Assembly: GCA_037381445.1 (NCBI GenBank)
Contig: JARRQT010000104.1
Location: 1 to 16,508 of the forward strand
Direction: 5' to 3'
DNA: 16,508 bases
DNA from: Calditrichia bacterium
Lineage (GTDB): Bacteria; Calditrichota; Calditrichia; RBG-13-44-9
Positions 16,215 through 16,508 of the stretch are shown here, one piece after another. Numbering within the stretch: position 1 is the stretch's first letter; each line of letters opens with the position of its first letter. The notes beneath the pieces were generated by a model. It saw nothing but the letters and a program-made list of their open reading frames with translations. It ran no database searches and had not been told where the DNA came from. Both the position numbers and the translations under genes were made by a program.

Positions 16215-16508
16215 CTGTTCGGACTCTTGTTGTTCCGGAATTTCAACGGACAACAATTTGTATCAAATGGGATCAATTTGCCAGACAATCTAATGCTATC
16301 AGATTGCCCGGATATTATGTAAAAGAAAAAAATGAAAAGAGCCGGAAAGGCCGGTCCTTAAAGGATCGGTTAACTAAAGCCGTACCATTGCTGGCAGCCA
16401 ATCAGATATGTTTCGATGATGAGGTATTCAAGAATCATAATCTCTTATGACTACATTTTTATCCAAAATGGTGAGCAATATACAAAAAATTCCAGGACAA
16501 GGGAAAGC

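Noticed and set aside
1..16508. CRISPR array, tRNA/rRNA, IS element or prophage
   Set aside because: No regularly spaced direct repeats, cloverleaf or rRNA signatures, or transposase/integrase/phage ORFs seen

Overview
Bacterial chromosomal window, probably from an anaerobic fermenter (lineage not determinable from the sequence alone). The left part (1-5349) has a 9-haem lipoprotein cytochrome c with an Ig/PKD-like domain, a YkvA/DUF1232 protein, a PspC-domain protein, a long aldo/keto reductase and a LiaF/DUF5668-like membrane protein. The right part (5891-16152) is a run of 11 minus-strand energy-metabolism genes: arcE-like P-loop enzyme (probable arginine synthetase), arcC, sucC, sucD, korD, korA, korB, korC, ndk, hbd-like and ackA. 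Highlights: (i) the arcE-like/arcC pair points to the ATP-conserving arginine synthetase route, clustered with two more substrate-level-phosphorylation enzymes and Ndk; (ii) korA has an internal deletion of roughly 110 codons with a frameshift at ~10825, which the ORF track hides; (iii) the region upstream of arcE is densely structured, with strand-specific hairpins, a 22-codon ORF and a palindrome. No RNA genes, mobile elements or CRISPR arrays were recognised.
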